64,000 nucleotides of DNA from an uncultured Thermoplasmatales archaeon (GTDB lineage: Archaea; Thermoplasmatota; Penumbrarchaeia; Penumbrarchaeales; Penumbrarchaeaceae): assembly GCA_963807965.1 (NCBI GenBank), contig CAWEDU010000002.1, positions 14,264 to 78,263 of the forward strand. The letters run 5' to 3'. Below, piece after piece: positions 19,952 through 31,008 of this stretch. The notes under the pieces are model-generated. The model ran no database searches, was not told the origin of the DNA, and saw only the letters and a program-made list of their open reading frames with translations. The position numbers and the translations under genes are program-made. Within the stretch, counting starts at the first letter, position 1. Each line of letters starts with the position of its first letter.

Positions 19952-22900
19952 ATGAAACTGAAGTATGGAGAGACTTTCAATTCCTCTAGTGTAAAAGAAC
20001 AAATACGGAACGGGGGATTTAGTCACATGGGCAGGTCCTTACACGACGACCATGATCACAATATCGACTATGATGCAGACTACAGACCTGTCTTCCATGA
20101 TTTCTACGAACTGATGAAATGGAGGGTATCAAAGATACTTCTTGTATCCTCCCTTTATGATGCATTCACTCTTGAAGAAGAGGGTTTGCTCTTCGAACAG
20201 ATCTCGAGCGATAACCCGGGACCTTGCTCTACCCTTCCCCCCCCAGGTTATCAGGGTATCGACTGCAAAAAAGGCACTTCTGGAACTCAAGAAGACCCCC
20301 TATGATCTGGTAATTACAATGGCAAGGCTGCCTGATATGGACCCGTTCCAGTTCGGTAAGAAGGCCAAGAATGTCCAGAAAGATATCTCCGTTGTACTTC
20401 TCCTGACGGATGCGGGAGATATACCCCAATTCCATATTCCAGGGGAATACATCGGCATCGACAAGATCTTCTTCTGGACAGGTGACTCGGCACTTTTCCT
20501 TGCCATCGTTAAGTACATCGAGGACCAGAAGAACATCGAAAGGGACACATCGACAGGACTTGTAAGGGTCCTCCTTGTTGTGGAGAACAGTCCACGTTTC
20601 TTTTCAATATTCCTGCCCCTTATCTACACAGTTATAGTCAGACAGACCAAGAACCTCATCCAGGAAGGATTGAACGAACAGGAGAAGATGCTCAGAAAAA
20701 GGGCAAGACCCAAGATTATTCTTGCTGAGACCTACGATGAGGCCATGGAGATGTACAGGAAGTACAAGGACAATATCCTAGGCATAATATCCGATGTAGC
20801 CTATCCACGAAAAGGGATCAAAGATGAGAAGGCAGGGTTCAGGCTTGTCAAGCATACAGATCCTGATATTCCAAAGGTCCTCCAATCCAATCAGATGGAA
20901 CACAAGGTGACTGCGGAGAAACTAAACGTCCCCTTCATCGACAAAGGCTCCGAGACCCTTCTCCTGGAACTCCGGGAATGGTTCCAGAATAATCTGGGAT
21001 TCGGTTCGTTCATTTTCAGGACCCCTGAGGGGGTGGAGATTGGACAGGCCTATGACCTAAAGGAGTTCCTTGCCTTGATAGAAGGAGTGCCCGCGGAATC
21101 AATGAACTTCCATGGAAGGGCAAATGACTTTTCCAACTGGTTCTTCGCCAGGGGTGAGATAGACCTTGCTTTCAGTCTAAGAAAGAAGAAGGTATCGGAC
21201 TTCAAATCCGGAGAGGCTATGAAGAGGTTTCTCGTGGACTCTATCAAAGACTCTCAGAAAAGAAAACAGCAGGGTATAATCATTGACTTCGAGAACCAGA
21301 CCTACGAGTTCCAGGGAACCATTACACGTCTTGGTGGAGGATCGCTTGGTGGCAAGGGTCGAGGCATAGCTTTCCTTATCCACACTGCTTCACCAGTCCA
21401 AACTGGATACGCTGATCAAGGAATGTTCAATAAAGGTTCCTGACAGTTTGATAATCGGAACAGATGTCTTCACACTGTTCATGGAGAGCAACTCCCTTGA
21501 CGAACTTGTTATGGAAGGCCTTTCAGATGAGGACATTAATGAGATCTTCCTCAATGCCAGTCTGGATGCAGGGACACTATCCTCCCTGAGGACCTACCTT
21601 GAACATGTTGATGAACCGATCGCTGTCAGATCATCATCTCTTCTGGAGGATTCCCAGAACCAGCCATTTGCGGGTATCTATTCTACCTATATCCTTCCTA
21701 ACAGCTGCGAAGATGTCGATCAGAGATTGAATGAACTGGCAAAGGCGATCAAACTCGTCTATTCCTCGACTTTCATGAAGGAGGCCAGGTCCTACATCCA
21801 GACAACGGTCCACGTTCAAGAGGAGGAGAAGATGGCTGTTGTTTTACAGAAGCTGGTAGGTAGAAAGTACGGAGACAGGTTCTACCCATCTTCTCTGGTG
21901 TGGCACAATCCTTCAATTTCTATCCGGTCTCACCTTTGAAACGAGAAGATGGGATAACTTCCATTGCACTGAGGTCTCGGCAGGATAGTTGTGGAGGGTG
22001 AAAAGGTAATGAGCTTCTCGCCCGAATACCCGAAGGTGATACCGGGTTTCTCAAGCGTTGAGGATATCCTGTCAAATTCCCAGATGCACTTCTATGCACT
22101 TGATATGTCAGATGCATGCTTCGACCTGAGAAAAGGAGAGGATTCTACACTTGTCAAATTGAGTGTAAATGAGGGTGAAAAAGATGGAACCCTGGATTAC
22201 CTGGCTTCCACTTATGATGCGAACGACAACAGGATCAGGGATGGAACAGGGAGACAGGGTCCCAAAGTGATAACATTCTCAGGGATACTCAATTACAAGA
22301 TCATACCGCTTGACAGGATATTGAAGGCCATCCTGCAGATCGGACGAAGAGGTATGGGAAGACCAGTTGAGATCGAATTCGCTGGAATAATCGATGAGGA
22401 GAACAAACCGGAATTCTACATACTCCAGATCAGACCTCTTGTCACCCAGAAAGAGAGGGCTCAGGTGGAGATACTCAGAAAAAGAGGATATGGGAGCCAT
22501 TATAAGATCGGATAAGGCAATGGGAAATTGTCTTCTAGAAGGGATCTTCGATATCGTTCTGATCCCACCTGAAACATTCAACAACACCAGGACCGTGGAG
22601 ATCGCAAACGATATCGGAAGGATAAACAAGGAATTGAAGGGAAGACCTTATATTCTGATGGGACCGGGAAGGTGGGGAACCCGTGACAGGTTCCTTGGAA
22701 TCCCTGTAAATGGAATGATATCTCCTATGCAAAGACCATAGTGGAGATCCAGCTGAAGGACTTCCGGGTGGATCCGTCCCATGGAACGCATTTCTTCCAT
22801 AATCTTACATCCATGGGGACCCCGTACTTCACCATCCAGTATTCTTCAAAGCAGCACAAGGTTGACTGGGAGTGGCTTCAGAAGCAGGAATATACTCCAT

Positions 22901-23001
22901 ACGGGGATATGGTCCGTCATATCAGGACGGAGAGGCCTTTGTTGGTAAAGGTCGATGGTAAGACAGGGAATGGAGTTGTTGTCCAGCAAGAATTGGAATG
23001 A
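19952..23001 (+). pseudogene. receiver-like domain plus PEP/pyruvate-binding (PPDK_N-like) domain protein, about 1010 aa, broken 6 times
   Basis: Six ORF-track pieces (19952..20305, 20142..21443, 21448..21939, 21991..22515, 22394..22741, 22741..23001) read continuously once joined. Key strings are KILLVSSLYDAFTLEEEG...DLVITMARLPDMD, GGGSLGGKGRGIAFL|TLLHQSKL, AVRSSSLLEDS, FSGVAQSFNFYPVSPLKREDGITSIAL|GLGRIVVEG, ILMGPGRWGTRDRFLGIPV.W.DISYAKTIVE and PSHGTHFFHNL. Confidence 0.75.
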
Positions 23002-23072
23002 TACCCTTCAATACACCATTGATAACTGTTATTATACCTCCGAGGACAATATTGATTGGAAGGGGGTCTTGA

Positions 23073-23809
23073 ATGGATTATTTCAAGAATACCAAAGAAG
23101 AGTGGCAGGAGTTCCTAAATATCCCGGAGCAGGACATCCCGGAGAAATTGATAATCGATGGTAAGATTGATTACCCGAAATGGACCAGGATCGTTCTGGA
23201 TAGAATGGATAACGGAAGGATCGCCTGGATGCCGAATCTGACCTTCGGCGATCACAATGGAAAATTAACCGGATACGGTGTCTGTTTCGGAGGACCTGTG
23301 GCATCTCAATTTACTCATATCTATTGCAAAATGGGTACAAGAAGATGATACAGATCGGATGCGGAGGGGGGATGCAGCCCGAGATCGAACTTGGAGATAT
23401 AATAGTCAGTGAAGGTGTCCTTTGCATAGATGGTGTTTCAAGCCTCTACAAGCAGAGATCTGATTTCATAGATTTCGACAGGAGTCTTATCGAGGATGTA
23501 AAAGAACGAATTGGAGAAAAGAGGAATTCCTTACCATCTGGAAGGACTGTCTGCACCTACGACATCCTCCTCTGGGGGAGAAGTCCTCCTTCATGGATCT
23601 GAGTAATAAAAGGATATATTGGGTCGGATATGGAATCCGGTGCGGTGGGTTCCGTTTCAAAGTACTTCAATGTCCCTGCGGTTTCCTTCTATGTCTGCTC
23701 TGATAACTCAGCCTCAGGAAAGGACCTTTTCTACAAACAGTCAGATGAAGAGATGAGATGTGTGAGGAGAGGGTTCGATACTGTCTTAGATATGGCATTG
23801 GACCTATGA
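23073..23809 (+). pseudogene. nucleoside phosphorylase (PNP_UDP_1 family, uridine/purine phosphorylase-like), 3 frame breaks
   Basis: The pieces are GYGVCFGGPVASQFTHIYCKMGT|KKMIQIGCGGGMQPEIELGDIIVSEG, ...TYDILLWG|EKSSFMDLSNK|GYIGSDMESGAVGSVSKYFNVPAVSFYVCSDNS and stop 23807-23809. The apparent in-frame TGA at 23600 lies between two compensating indels (G5 at 23574-23578, A4 at 23608-23611). Confidence 0.7.
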
Positions 23810-23967
23810 TGATGGACCTTAGATGATCTTTGAGATAAAAAAATACTATGTTCCTGGAAAGGGTAGGGATTATTAAATGGATCCATGTAATATTTTACAT
23901 CCATTTCAATTCAGTAAATGATTCGTTCCAAAAGGGCCTTATATGCCGCACACCAATACTTCTTGGA

Positions 23968-25018
23968 ATGGAGGCGTTTGGAAAGAGGATAATTACAATA
24001 GTTGCTCTGTTCCTCCTTGTAGCTTTGATATTCCTGGGGATATTTTCAGTTACCATTCTTCTATTGGATAATGGGACCGAGGACCATTCTATCCGGTTCC
24101 TTGATATTTTTGATGATGAACCTATCCAGAATGTCACAGTAACCATCTTTAAAAGGTCATATGAAGATGGATATTACATACCGTTTCTTGGAAATGATAT
24201 GATCCCTTATGAACAAAAACTTTTAAAAACTGTTCATTCGGACAGACATGGTTGGGTAAATTTCACTGTCCCAAAGATGAAAGAGGGTAGAGGATATTAT
24301 TATGCTCGTATAGAGAAAACTGGATATATCTCAACAACTGGTCATTCGATATTCTGCGGTGGCATTGCAAAGGACCATTGGACCACCCGTGATGGCTCCA
24401 GGACCTATTATTTCCATTCTTCATCATATATGACCGGAACCGTATCCTTCAGCAATGGAGAGCCAGTGAATGGAATATCGGTAACAGTCCGCCATTCAAA
24501 CCTGGAAGTTGACAATTTCGATATTACGGATGGATCTGGTGGATTTGGATTGGAAAACATCAGGTCCGGAGTAGTGAACTTGACAGTATCAGGGTCAGGG
24601 ATCGAAACCAAGAACATATCGACCTTTTTAGATAAATTCAGCGGGAAGGAACTTGATATCTTTGTAAATAGAACATCCACACCATCTTTCAATATCACAA
24701 TTGTACCTGATACACAGTATAATGGGAAACCTGTGTTCTTATCAGATCATCAGATGGTCTTATTCTTAATGAAGACCGATGAAGAAAAAGATACTGATTA
24801 CTGCCGGGGAGCTTCGTATTCTCAAGAATGGAACCTTCAATCTGAGGATACAAAATGGTGAATATGAGCTGAAGTGGTATTATCTGGGAAATGAGGATTA
24901 TAATAGAATTGACCTCCCAAGGATGCAAGATGTGTATCCATCCAATCAGATCATTATTGACTCGGAAGAGAGGAGAGAGATCATTGTTGAATTAATGATG
25001 ATCGAAACTGATATCTGA
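23968..25018 (+). CDS. membrane-anchored protein with CarboxypepD_reg-like beta-sandwich region; one frameshift
   Basis: N-terminal anchor MEAFGKRIITIVALFLLVALIFLGIF, followed by GTVSFSNGEPVNGISVTV.. The piece 24779..25018 continues after the A5 run at 24785-24789 (...KTDEEK|ILITAGELRILKNG). Confidence 0.55.
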
Positions 25019-25681
25019 GATCAGAGGTCGATCACAGTTAAGGTCCTCAATCTCCTCAACGAGGAACCTCACCTTCGTCCCTTTTGCCTTTGACATCATT
25101 CCACAATAAGGACATCTATCCACCTCTCCGGAAGCCGGAGCTTGCTGATTATTTGCACCGCATCCAGAGCACTGCCAGCCGATCTGGACATCATCAATCT
25201 GGTCCAGATAATCCATGGTGAAGAAGACCCGGGACCTCTTTGAAATATATCCCCGGACCAATCCATCCTCCAGACATTCCAGAATGATCCTTTCGGCCGA
25301 ATTCTCATCCATTCTAATCTTCGTTCCGAAATCCGAGATCGTGATCCTTCTGTAAGCTTTCAAAATATCTGCTATATCTATGAGATATTCCCTTCTTTGA
25401 AGGTTCTTCATCGATACATCCAGATATGTTTGGGAATAATAGACGTCGTTCTTGATCTTTCCCTTAACGGTCCCTTTCTTTATGCATCTTGCTGTCTCCA
25501 AGCGGGCTTTATCAACACTTGTCTCCAAAGTCCTGGCAATGTCTTCCATCCTCATTGTCTCATGAGCATGGAGGAGGTCCGCAACCAAACTATGATCCTT
25601 CTTATCGTGGGATGTCCTGAATCCAATAAAGAGTATGATCACGGCTGGTATGATGAACATGGGGGCGCAGGTAAAGAGCAT
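24992..25681 (-). CDS. membrane protein with winged-helix-like repeats and a C-terminal zinc ribbon
   Basis: A TM helix (FIIPAVIILFIGF), two HTH-like segments, and CSGC...CPYCG. The gene may start at TTG 25848. An upstream frame encodes a second TM segment (VLLIIGVFLLITGLLVAAI) that would join across a -1 break near 25744-25750. Confidence 0.5.
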   Translation of the reverse strand: MLFTCAPMFIIPAVIILFIGFRTSHDKKDHSLVADLLHAHETMRMEDIARTLETSVDKARLETARCIKKGTVKGKIKNDVYYSQTYLDVSMKNLQRREYLIDIADILKAYRRITISDFGTKIRMDENSAERIILECLEDGLVRGYISKRSRVFFTMDYLDQIDDVQIGWQCSGCGANNQQAPASGEVDRCPYCGMMSKAKGTKVRFLVEEIEDLNCDRPLISDISFDHH

Positions 25682-25984
25682 TATGCAACCTGATGCTGCG
25701 GGATCTGTTTCCTCTTTATCAGGATCAGGATTCTCCTCTGTTGACTTCCTTCGCTGGATGTCATCATGCTTATACTGATGGCAGCGACCAGAAGTCCCGT
25801 TATCAACAGGAATACACCAATTATTAGCAGGACCTTTCTATTGCTCAAGATCTCCCCTATTCTAGAAAATCAACCATATTATTTAACTATAAGACACAAC
25901 AGAAATCAAATGATCAGATAAAACTATATCAACATGATACAATAGATGATCACAATGGAGATTGTCATTTTCGTATTGTTTTAC

Positions 25985-27216
25985 TTATTCTCCAATGAAA
26001 AGAGCGGCAAGGACCTTAGAATCATTGATCAGATTGTCGATCAATATATATTCATCCGAGGAGTGGGCCCTGTTGTGGATTGTCTCCCACACAGCGACCT
26101 CGAAACCTTTGTTTCGCAGAAGCGCCGCGCATGTTCCTCCTCCGATACCACCATTGATATGATCCTTTCCGGTGGTCCTCTTGATCGCAGATGAGAGCAT
26201 TCTTACAATATCCGCATCAGGTGAGGTGGGGTGAAGGGTGGTCTCTGTGAATTCAGTCTCGATGACGATCTGTGTTCCGGTAGTGCTCTCGATCCCATCG
26301 GCCACCTCTCTCATAGCAGCTAGGACCTCATCGATGGTGTATCCCGGAAGGAGCCTGCAGTCCATGTAGAAGGTATCCTCTCCCGGAAGAACGTTTATTC
26401 CATCCACACCAGGACCTTTCTTTGTAGGTTCAAAACTGGAGATCGGATGATCGAAACCCGGATCCTTTTTATCGAACCTCTGGTGAAGGACCTTGTCAAC
26501 CTCGGATCCAAAAAGCATGGAAGCCCTTAATGCATTATTTCCCAAACCGGGCATGCTTAGCATGACACTGTTTTCCCTTAACCGTGATCTTGACCCACAG
26601 AAGTGTCTTCTCACAAAGCTCGATGACCCTCCCCTCCGGTTCTCCGTGATCCGGGACAAGGATCAGGTCCTCTTTATTGAAAAGATCCTTATCCAGCAGA
26701 TGGCCGATCCCTTTGAGATTGGTCTCTTCCTCATCGGATACAAGGAAAATGGAAACATCATAGACCGGTTTTATATCCAGGTCCTTTAGGGCCTTCATGG
26801 CGAAGAGTGATGCTGTAAGGGCTTGACCGTTATCCTCCACCCCTCTTCCAATGAGCTTGTCCCCTTCCCTTTTCAAAATGAAAGGATCCCCGGTCCATGA
26901 TTTAGGGTCTCCAGGAGGAACGACATCCATATGGGCCATTATCACGATCCTTCTGGAATGGTCCTTCCCCGAGACCTTTAATTCCAGATTTGGTCTTTTC
27001 CCCGATGGGACCTTATCATCCATTGCATCATGGTGGATATATTCCTTATATTCCCCATTCGGTCAATTTCCTTTGGATAAGATCAGCTTTTTCCTGCTCC
27101 CCTTTCCCCGAAGAATTGGGACCTATAGCAGGTATACCGATGATATTTGAAAGGAATTGGATCATCTCCTCTGAAGAAGCCTCTATGGTGTGGAAAACAG
27201 ATCCAAGTTCATCCAT
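25985..27216 (-). CDS. M20-family metallopeptidase (ArgE/DapE/dipeptidase-like); 2 frameshifts
   Basis: An N-terminal piece starts at ATG 27216 (MDELGSVFHTIEASSEEMIQFLSNIIGIPAI). ORF 26535..27023 carries HMDVVPPGD, GRGVEDNGQAL and VSDEEE. ORF 25985..26659 carries PGLGNNAL...NGGIGGGTCA...AHSSDEY. The breaks are at C4 27053-27056 and TT 26557-26558. The start lies 2 nt after the cphA stop. Confidence 0.75.
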
Positions 27217-27218
27217 AT

Positions 27219-29879
27219 TCAATCCTCACCAAACGGTATCTCTTCTTCCTTCTTCGAGATACCCTGACGGATCTCCAGGAGCCTAGTTTCCTTGTAGTCA
27301 AGGACATCCTGAAGAACGGTTTGAACATCATCTGCCTGGAGGACTATGATATCGCCCTTCTTTGCCATATCAAGGGTCGCCTGGGTTGCCTCCCTGCCGT
27401 CGTAGACAAGGGAGATGTTCTCTTCTTTTAGACCTCCCTCCATCAACCCTTGCTTCACAAGGTCGGCAACCTCACCTAATGGCCTTCCCCTTGTGTCAGT
27501 ATCCGCGATGACCACATGATCGTAGAATCTGGAAATTGTCAGACCGTATTCCTTTATATCCTCATCCCTTCTGTTTCCGGTCCCGGCAGCCATCCTGATC
27601 CTCCGTCCGGGAGCCAAGTGGGGAAGGAGCTTTCCAGTGGCAGTTATTGCTCCTATATTGTGGCCAAAATCCACAATGACCTTGAAATCATCAATGTCAA
27701 TTACATTCATCCTTCCCGGAGAAAGTCCGATCGATGGGCTGAAGCTCACAAGCCCCGCTCTGATCTGCTTTCCGTTCAATCCCATTGCCGAAGCAGCTCC
27801 AACTGCTGCCATCGCATTCTGGATGTTGAAGGTGGCCTTTCCCCCGTAGGTGATGGGAACCTCGATAACCTTGGCGATCAATGATGTCCATCCCCCCTTC
27901 TGGATGATTATCGATTCATCCTTCAAGGTAATGTTCATATTACCTTTGTCCAGGTTCTCCTTTAGGGCTGGATTTTGGGGGTCCATGGAAAAAAGAATGA
28001 CCTTTCCTTTGGTATTCTCTTTCTGACCCATGACCAACGGATCATCAGCGTTTAAAACAGCATGACCTGTTGGTTTAACTACATCTACTATTGTACCTTT
28101 TAACCTCGCCAGATCCTCCAATGTATTTATCCCGCCTTCTCCAAGGTGGTCAGAAGTAACATTGAGGAAGACGCTGACATCCGTCTCATCGAATCCAAGA
28201 CCTCTCCTGAGTATGCCACCCCTTGCTACCTCCATTACAGCGTGGTCAATGGTGGAATCCATAAGGACGACCTTTGCCCCTCCAGGTCCGCTGTAGTCTC
28301 CTTCCAGGATAGGGGTATTATTGATCACCACAGAATCTGTCGAGGTCATACCGACCCTGCACCCGTTTAGCTCCAGTATATGGGAGATCAATCTAACTGT
28401 AGTGGTCTTTCCATTCGTACCTGTGACAGCAATGATCGGGACCTGATATTCCGCTCCAGGAGGGAAAAGCATATCGACTACGTTCTCCCCAATGTTCCTG
28501 GGTTTCCCTTCTGAAGGACTTAGATGCATTCTGAGCCCGGGAGCAGCGTTCACCTCGATAATACCCGAGCATTCAGGGTCCAGAGGGGTGGTCAGATCCT
28601 GAGCGATAAGATCGATCCCCATTACGTTCAATCCAATGATCTGAGATATCCTTTCCGCCATGGAACTTACCATGGGATGAACATCATCTGTAACATCGAC
28701 CGCTCTGCCACCAGCACTTAGATTTGCTGTGGATTTAATGTAAAGCTTCTCTCCATCTGGAAGGACATCCTCCAGGGTCAGATCCCTCATCTTGAGCAGT
28801 CTTTCGGTCATATAATCGATCTTCACTCTGGTGAGGTTCTTCTCATGCCCGAATCCTCTATCGGGGTCCCTGTTCATTTCCTCTATAAGGTCCTTGATGG
28901 TCGTTTTTCCATCTCCAGTGATGAAAGCAGGTTCTCTCTTGGCAGCAGCCGCGAACTTGCCGTCAATGACAAGCATTCTGAAATCTATTCCAGTAAGGTT
29001 CTTTTCAACCAGAACGGTGTCGTATACCTTCTTTGCGTTCATGAAGGCGATCTCAAGCTCCTCCGGGGTTTGGACATTGGTCGTTATCCCTCGTCCGTGA
29101 TTTCCAATTAGAGGTTTGACCGTAACTGGATATCCGATCCTCTTCGCCATCCTCAACCCATCCTCGAGGTCCCAAACAGAGTATCCTTTCGGAACAGGTA
29201 TTCCCATTGTGGAAAGGAGTTCCTTGGTCCTCTCCTTGTCATCTGCGATCTCCACACCAATAGAGGATGTATTGTCCATCATGGATGCCTGAATTCGCCT
29301 TTGATGGACACCATATCCAAGCTGGACATAGCTCTCTTTATTGAGCCTGATAACCGGGATGTCCCTCTTCTTTGCTTCGTCCACAATGGATTGGGTTGAA
29401 GGACCGAAGAGGTTCCTTTCCCTCATTTCCTTGAGCTTTAAGACCATGGGTTTGATATCCATGGTCCTGAAATTGAAGAGCTCCTCAACGATCTGGACAG
29501 CATATCTTCCTGCCTGGATCCCAACCTCCTCATCCCTGTAACGGTAGACTACATCGTAAACACCCTTTTCCAGGGTATTGATGGACTTTCCAAATCCCAC
29601 CTCTGTCTTTGCCAGACACTGAAGTTCAATTGCAATGTGCTCAACAAGGTGACCTGCCCAGGTCCCTTTCTCAACCCTCTCAAAGAAACCTCCCCTTCTT
29701 CCCATAGAGCAGCGGTGTTCCACCAGGGTGGGTATCATTTCCTCCAACCTCTCCCTGAAACCGGGAACATCGTTTGTGGGTTTGTTTTCCAGTTCCCCTA
29801 TGTCCAGTTTCATAAAAATGGTAGGATATCTGCTGTAGTAATTAGGACCTCTGAGTGCCCTTATCTCCCGAATCTCCAT
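27219..29879 (-). CDS. cphA: cyanophycin synthetase
   Basis: Intact 886 aa. It has the characteristic N-terminus IRALRGPNYYSRYP, an ATP-grasp core, and a Mur-ligase-like module with VTGTNGKTTT. Confidence 0.9.
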   Translation of the reverse strand: MEIREIRALRGPNYYSRYPTIFMKLDIGELENKPTNDVPGFRERLEEMIPTLVEHRCSMGRRGGFFERVEKGTWAGHLVEHIAIELQCLAKTEVGFGKSINTLEKGVYDVVYRYRDEEVGIQAGRYAVQIVEELFNFRTMDIKPMVLKLKEMRERNLFGPSTQSIVDEAKKRDIPVIRLNKESYVQLGYGVHQRRIQASMMDNTSSIGVEIADDKERTKELLSTMGIPVPKGYSVWDLEDGLRMAKRIGYPVTVKPLIGNHGRGITTNVQTPEELEIAFMNAKKVYDTVLVEKNLTGIDFRMLVIDGKFAAAAKREPAFITGDGKTTIKDLIEEMNRDPDRGFGHEKNLTRVKIDYMTERLLKMRDLTLEDVLPDGEKLYIKSTANLSAGGRAVDVTDDVHPMVSSMAERISQIIGLNVMGIDLIAQDLTTPLDPECSGIIEVNAAPGLRMHLSPSEGKPRNIGENVVDMLFPPGAEYQVPIIAVTGTNGKTTTVRLISHILELNGCRVGMTSTDSVVINNTPILEGDYSGPGGAKVVLMDSTIDHAVMEVARGGILRRGLGFDETDVSVFLNVTSDHLGEGGINTLEDLARLKGTIVDVVKPTGHAVLNADDPLVMGQKENTKGKVILFSMDPQNPALKENLDKGNMNITLKDESIIIQKGGWTSLIAKVIEVPITYGGKATFNIQNAMAAVGAASAMGLNGKQIRAGLVSFSPSIGLSPGRMNVIDIDDFKVIVDFGHNIGAITATGKLLPHLAPGRRIRMAAGTGNRRDEDIKEYGLTISRFYDHVVIADTDTRGRPLGEVADLVKQGLMEGGLKEENISLVYDGREATQATLDMAKKGDIIVLQADDVQTVLQDVLDYKETRLLEIRQGISKKEEEIPFGED

Positions 29880-29896
29880 TTTAAATGTCCCCTATC

Positions 29897-30781
29897 TCAT
29901 TGACAAGCCAAATCGAGACATTCCATATCAGCAGGCTTAAGATATCTTCTTTCCCATAGATCGTATCCTAAACCCTTCACGATAGTATGAACATGCATAT
30001 TCTCAATGGCAATTGCTTCGCCATCAGAAACCTCTGTTATATTAGTATATCGGAGGTCCTGTCCGTCAAAGATCACCACTAAACCTGTACCAATTGCTTT
30101 AATGTACCGATTTTGTTCTATTACAACACCGGTATCTTCACCAAGACCTATACCTATGTTGACAGGATTGGAACTGACTATTTGCATCAATCTTGAAAAA
30201 CGACCCCTTTTAATGAAATGGCTGTCGATTATGACCTTCCCGATAAGACCTATACCGGTGGTCATGTGAACTGCACCTTTGAGGAGGGCCTCGGTGGCTA
30301 GACCTCCATAGATCATGGTATCCGGCATCACCGCCGCTCCTGCACTTGTTCCGGTAACAATGACCTTCTCGTTGAAGTATCTCCTTCTGATCTCCTTCAG
30401 GACAGGAGAACCACCGAGGATCGTGGTTATACGGAGCTGATCGCCACCTGAAAAGAAAATTATATCTGCTTTACTCAATCTTTCCACAAGGGCAGGGTTC
30501 TGTGCTTCCTCCCTGGTATTGATATGCATTATTCCCAGGTCGTTCCCTTCGATTATGGAAAATGCTTTTTTATAATTCTCTGCCACTTCCAGAGGGATCT
30601 CTGAAGCAGTGGTGATAAGTTCGATCTTTACAGGTTCATTCCCATCCTTCATTACAAGGGAGATAATGCTACGAAGAATTGAGAGGTCCTGGTCCTTATC
30701 CTCGTTACCACCCACTGCTACCAGAAGTCCTAATGGAGTCTTACGGTTGGAAGAATTAGTTAGATCAGGATCTTGGAGCAT
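29897..30781 (-). CDS. cphB: cyanophycinase (peptidase S51)
   Basis: 294 aa with VGGNEDK, FFSGGDQLR and the nucleophile motif GTSAGAAVM. Lies 17 nt upstream of cphA on the same strand. Confidence 0.85.
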   Translation of the reverse strand: MLQDPDLTNSSNRKTPLGLLVAVGGNEDKDQDLSILRSIISLVMKDGNEPVKIELITTASEIPLEVAENYKKAFSIIEGNDLGIMHINTREEAQNPALVERLSKADIIFFSGGDQLRITTILGGSPVLKEIRRRYFNEKVIVTGTSAGAAVMPDTMIYGGLATEALLKGAVHMTTGIGLIGKVIIDSHFIKRGRFSRLMQIVSSNPVNIGIGLGEDTGVVIEQNRYIKAIGTGLVVIFDGQDLRYTNITEVSDGEAIAIENMHVHTIVKGLGYDLWERRYLKPADMECLDLACQ

Positions 30782-31008
30782 TATGAATTACTGAACTGAG
30801 GTTCCTATTTAAAGTGATGGATAGGGGTATCAAATTTTCTATCTATTGAATTACATACTTATCAGTTCACGATAACGCAATAATTATCGGAATATTATTT
30901 TTAATAGAAAAATAATAATTTAAGATTTTGAAAAAATTACAATTGGAATCTCACATGTCCATGATACAAACCTTTATCCGGTCGATCTCAATAACATCGG
31001 CAGTTACC

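Noticed and set aside
23600-23602. In-frame TGA inside the nucleoside phosphorylase as possible selenocysteine or readthrough
   Set aside because: The TGA lies in a stretch that is out of frame, between two compensating homopolymer indels (G5 at 23574-23578 and A4 at 23608-23611). The alternative frame reads EKSSFMDLSNK without a stop, and no SECIS-like context was evident.
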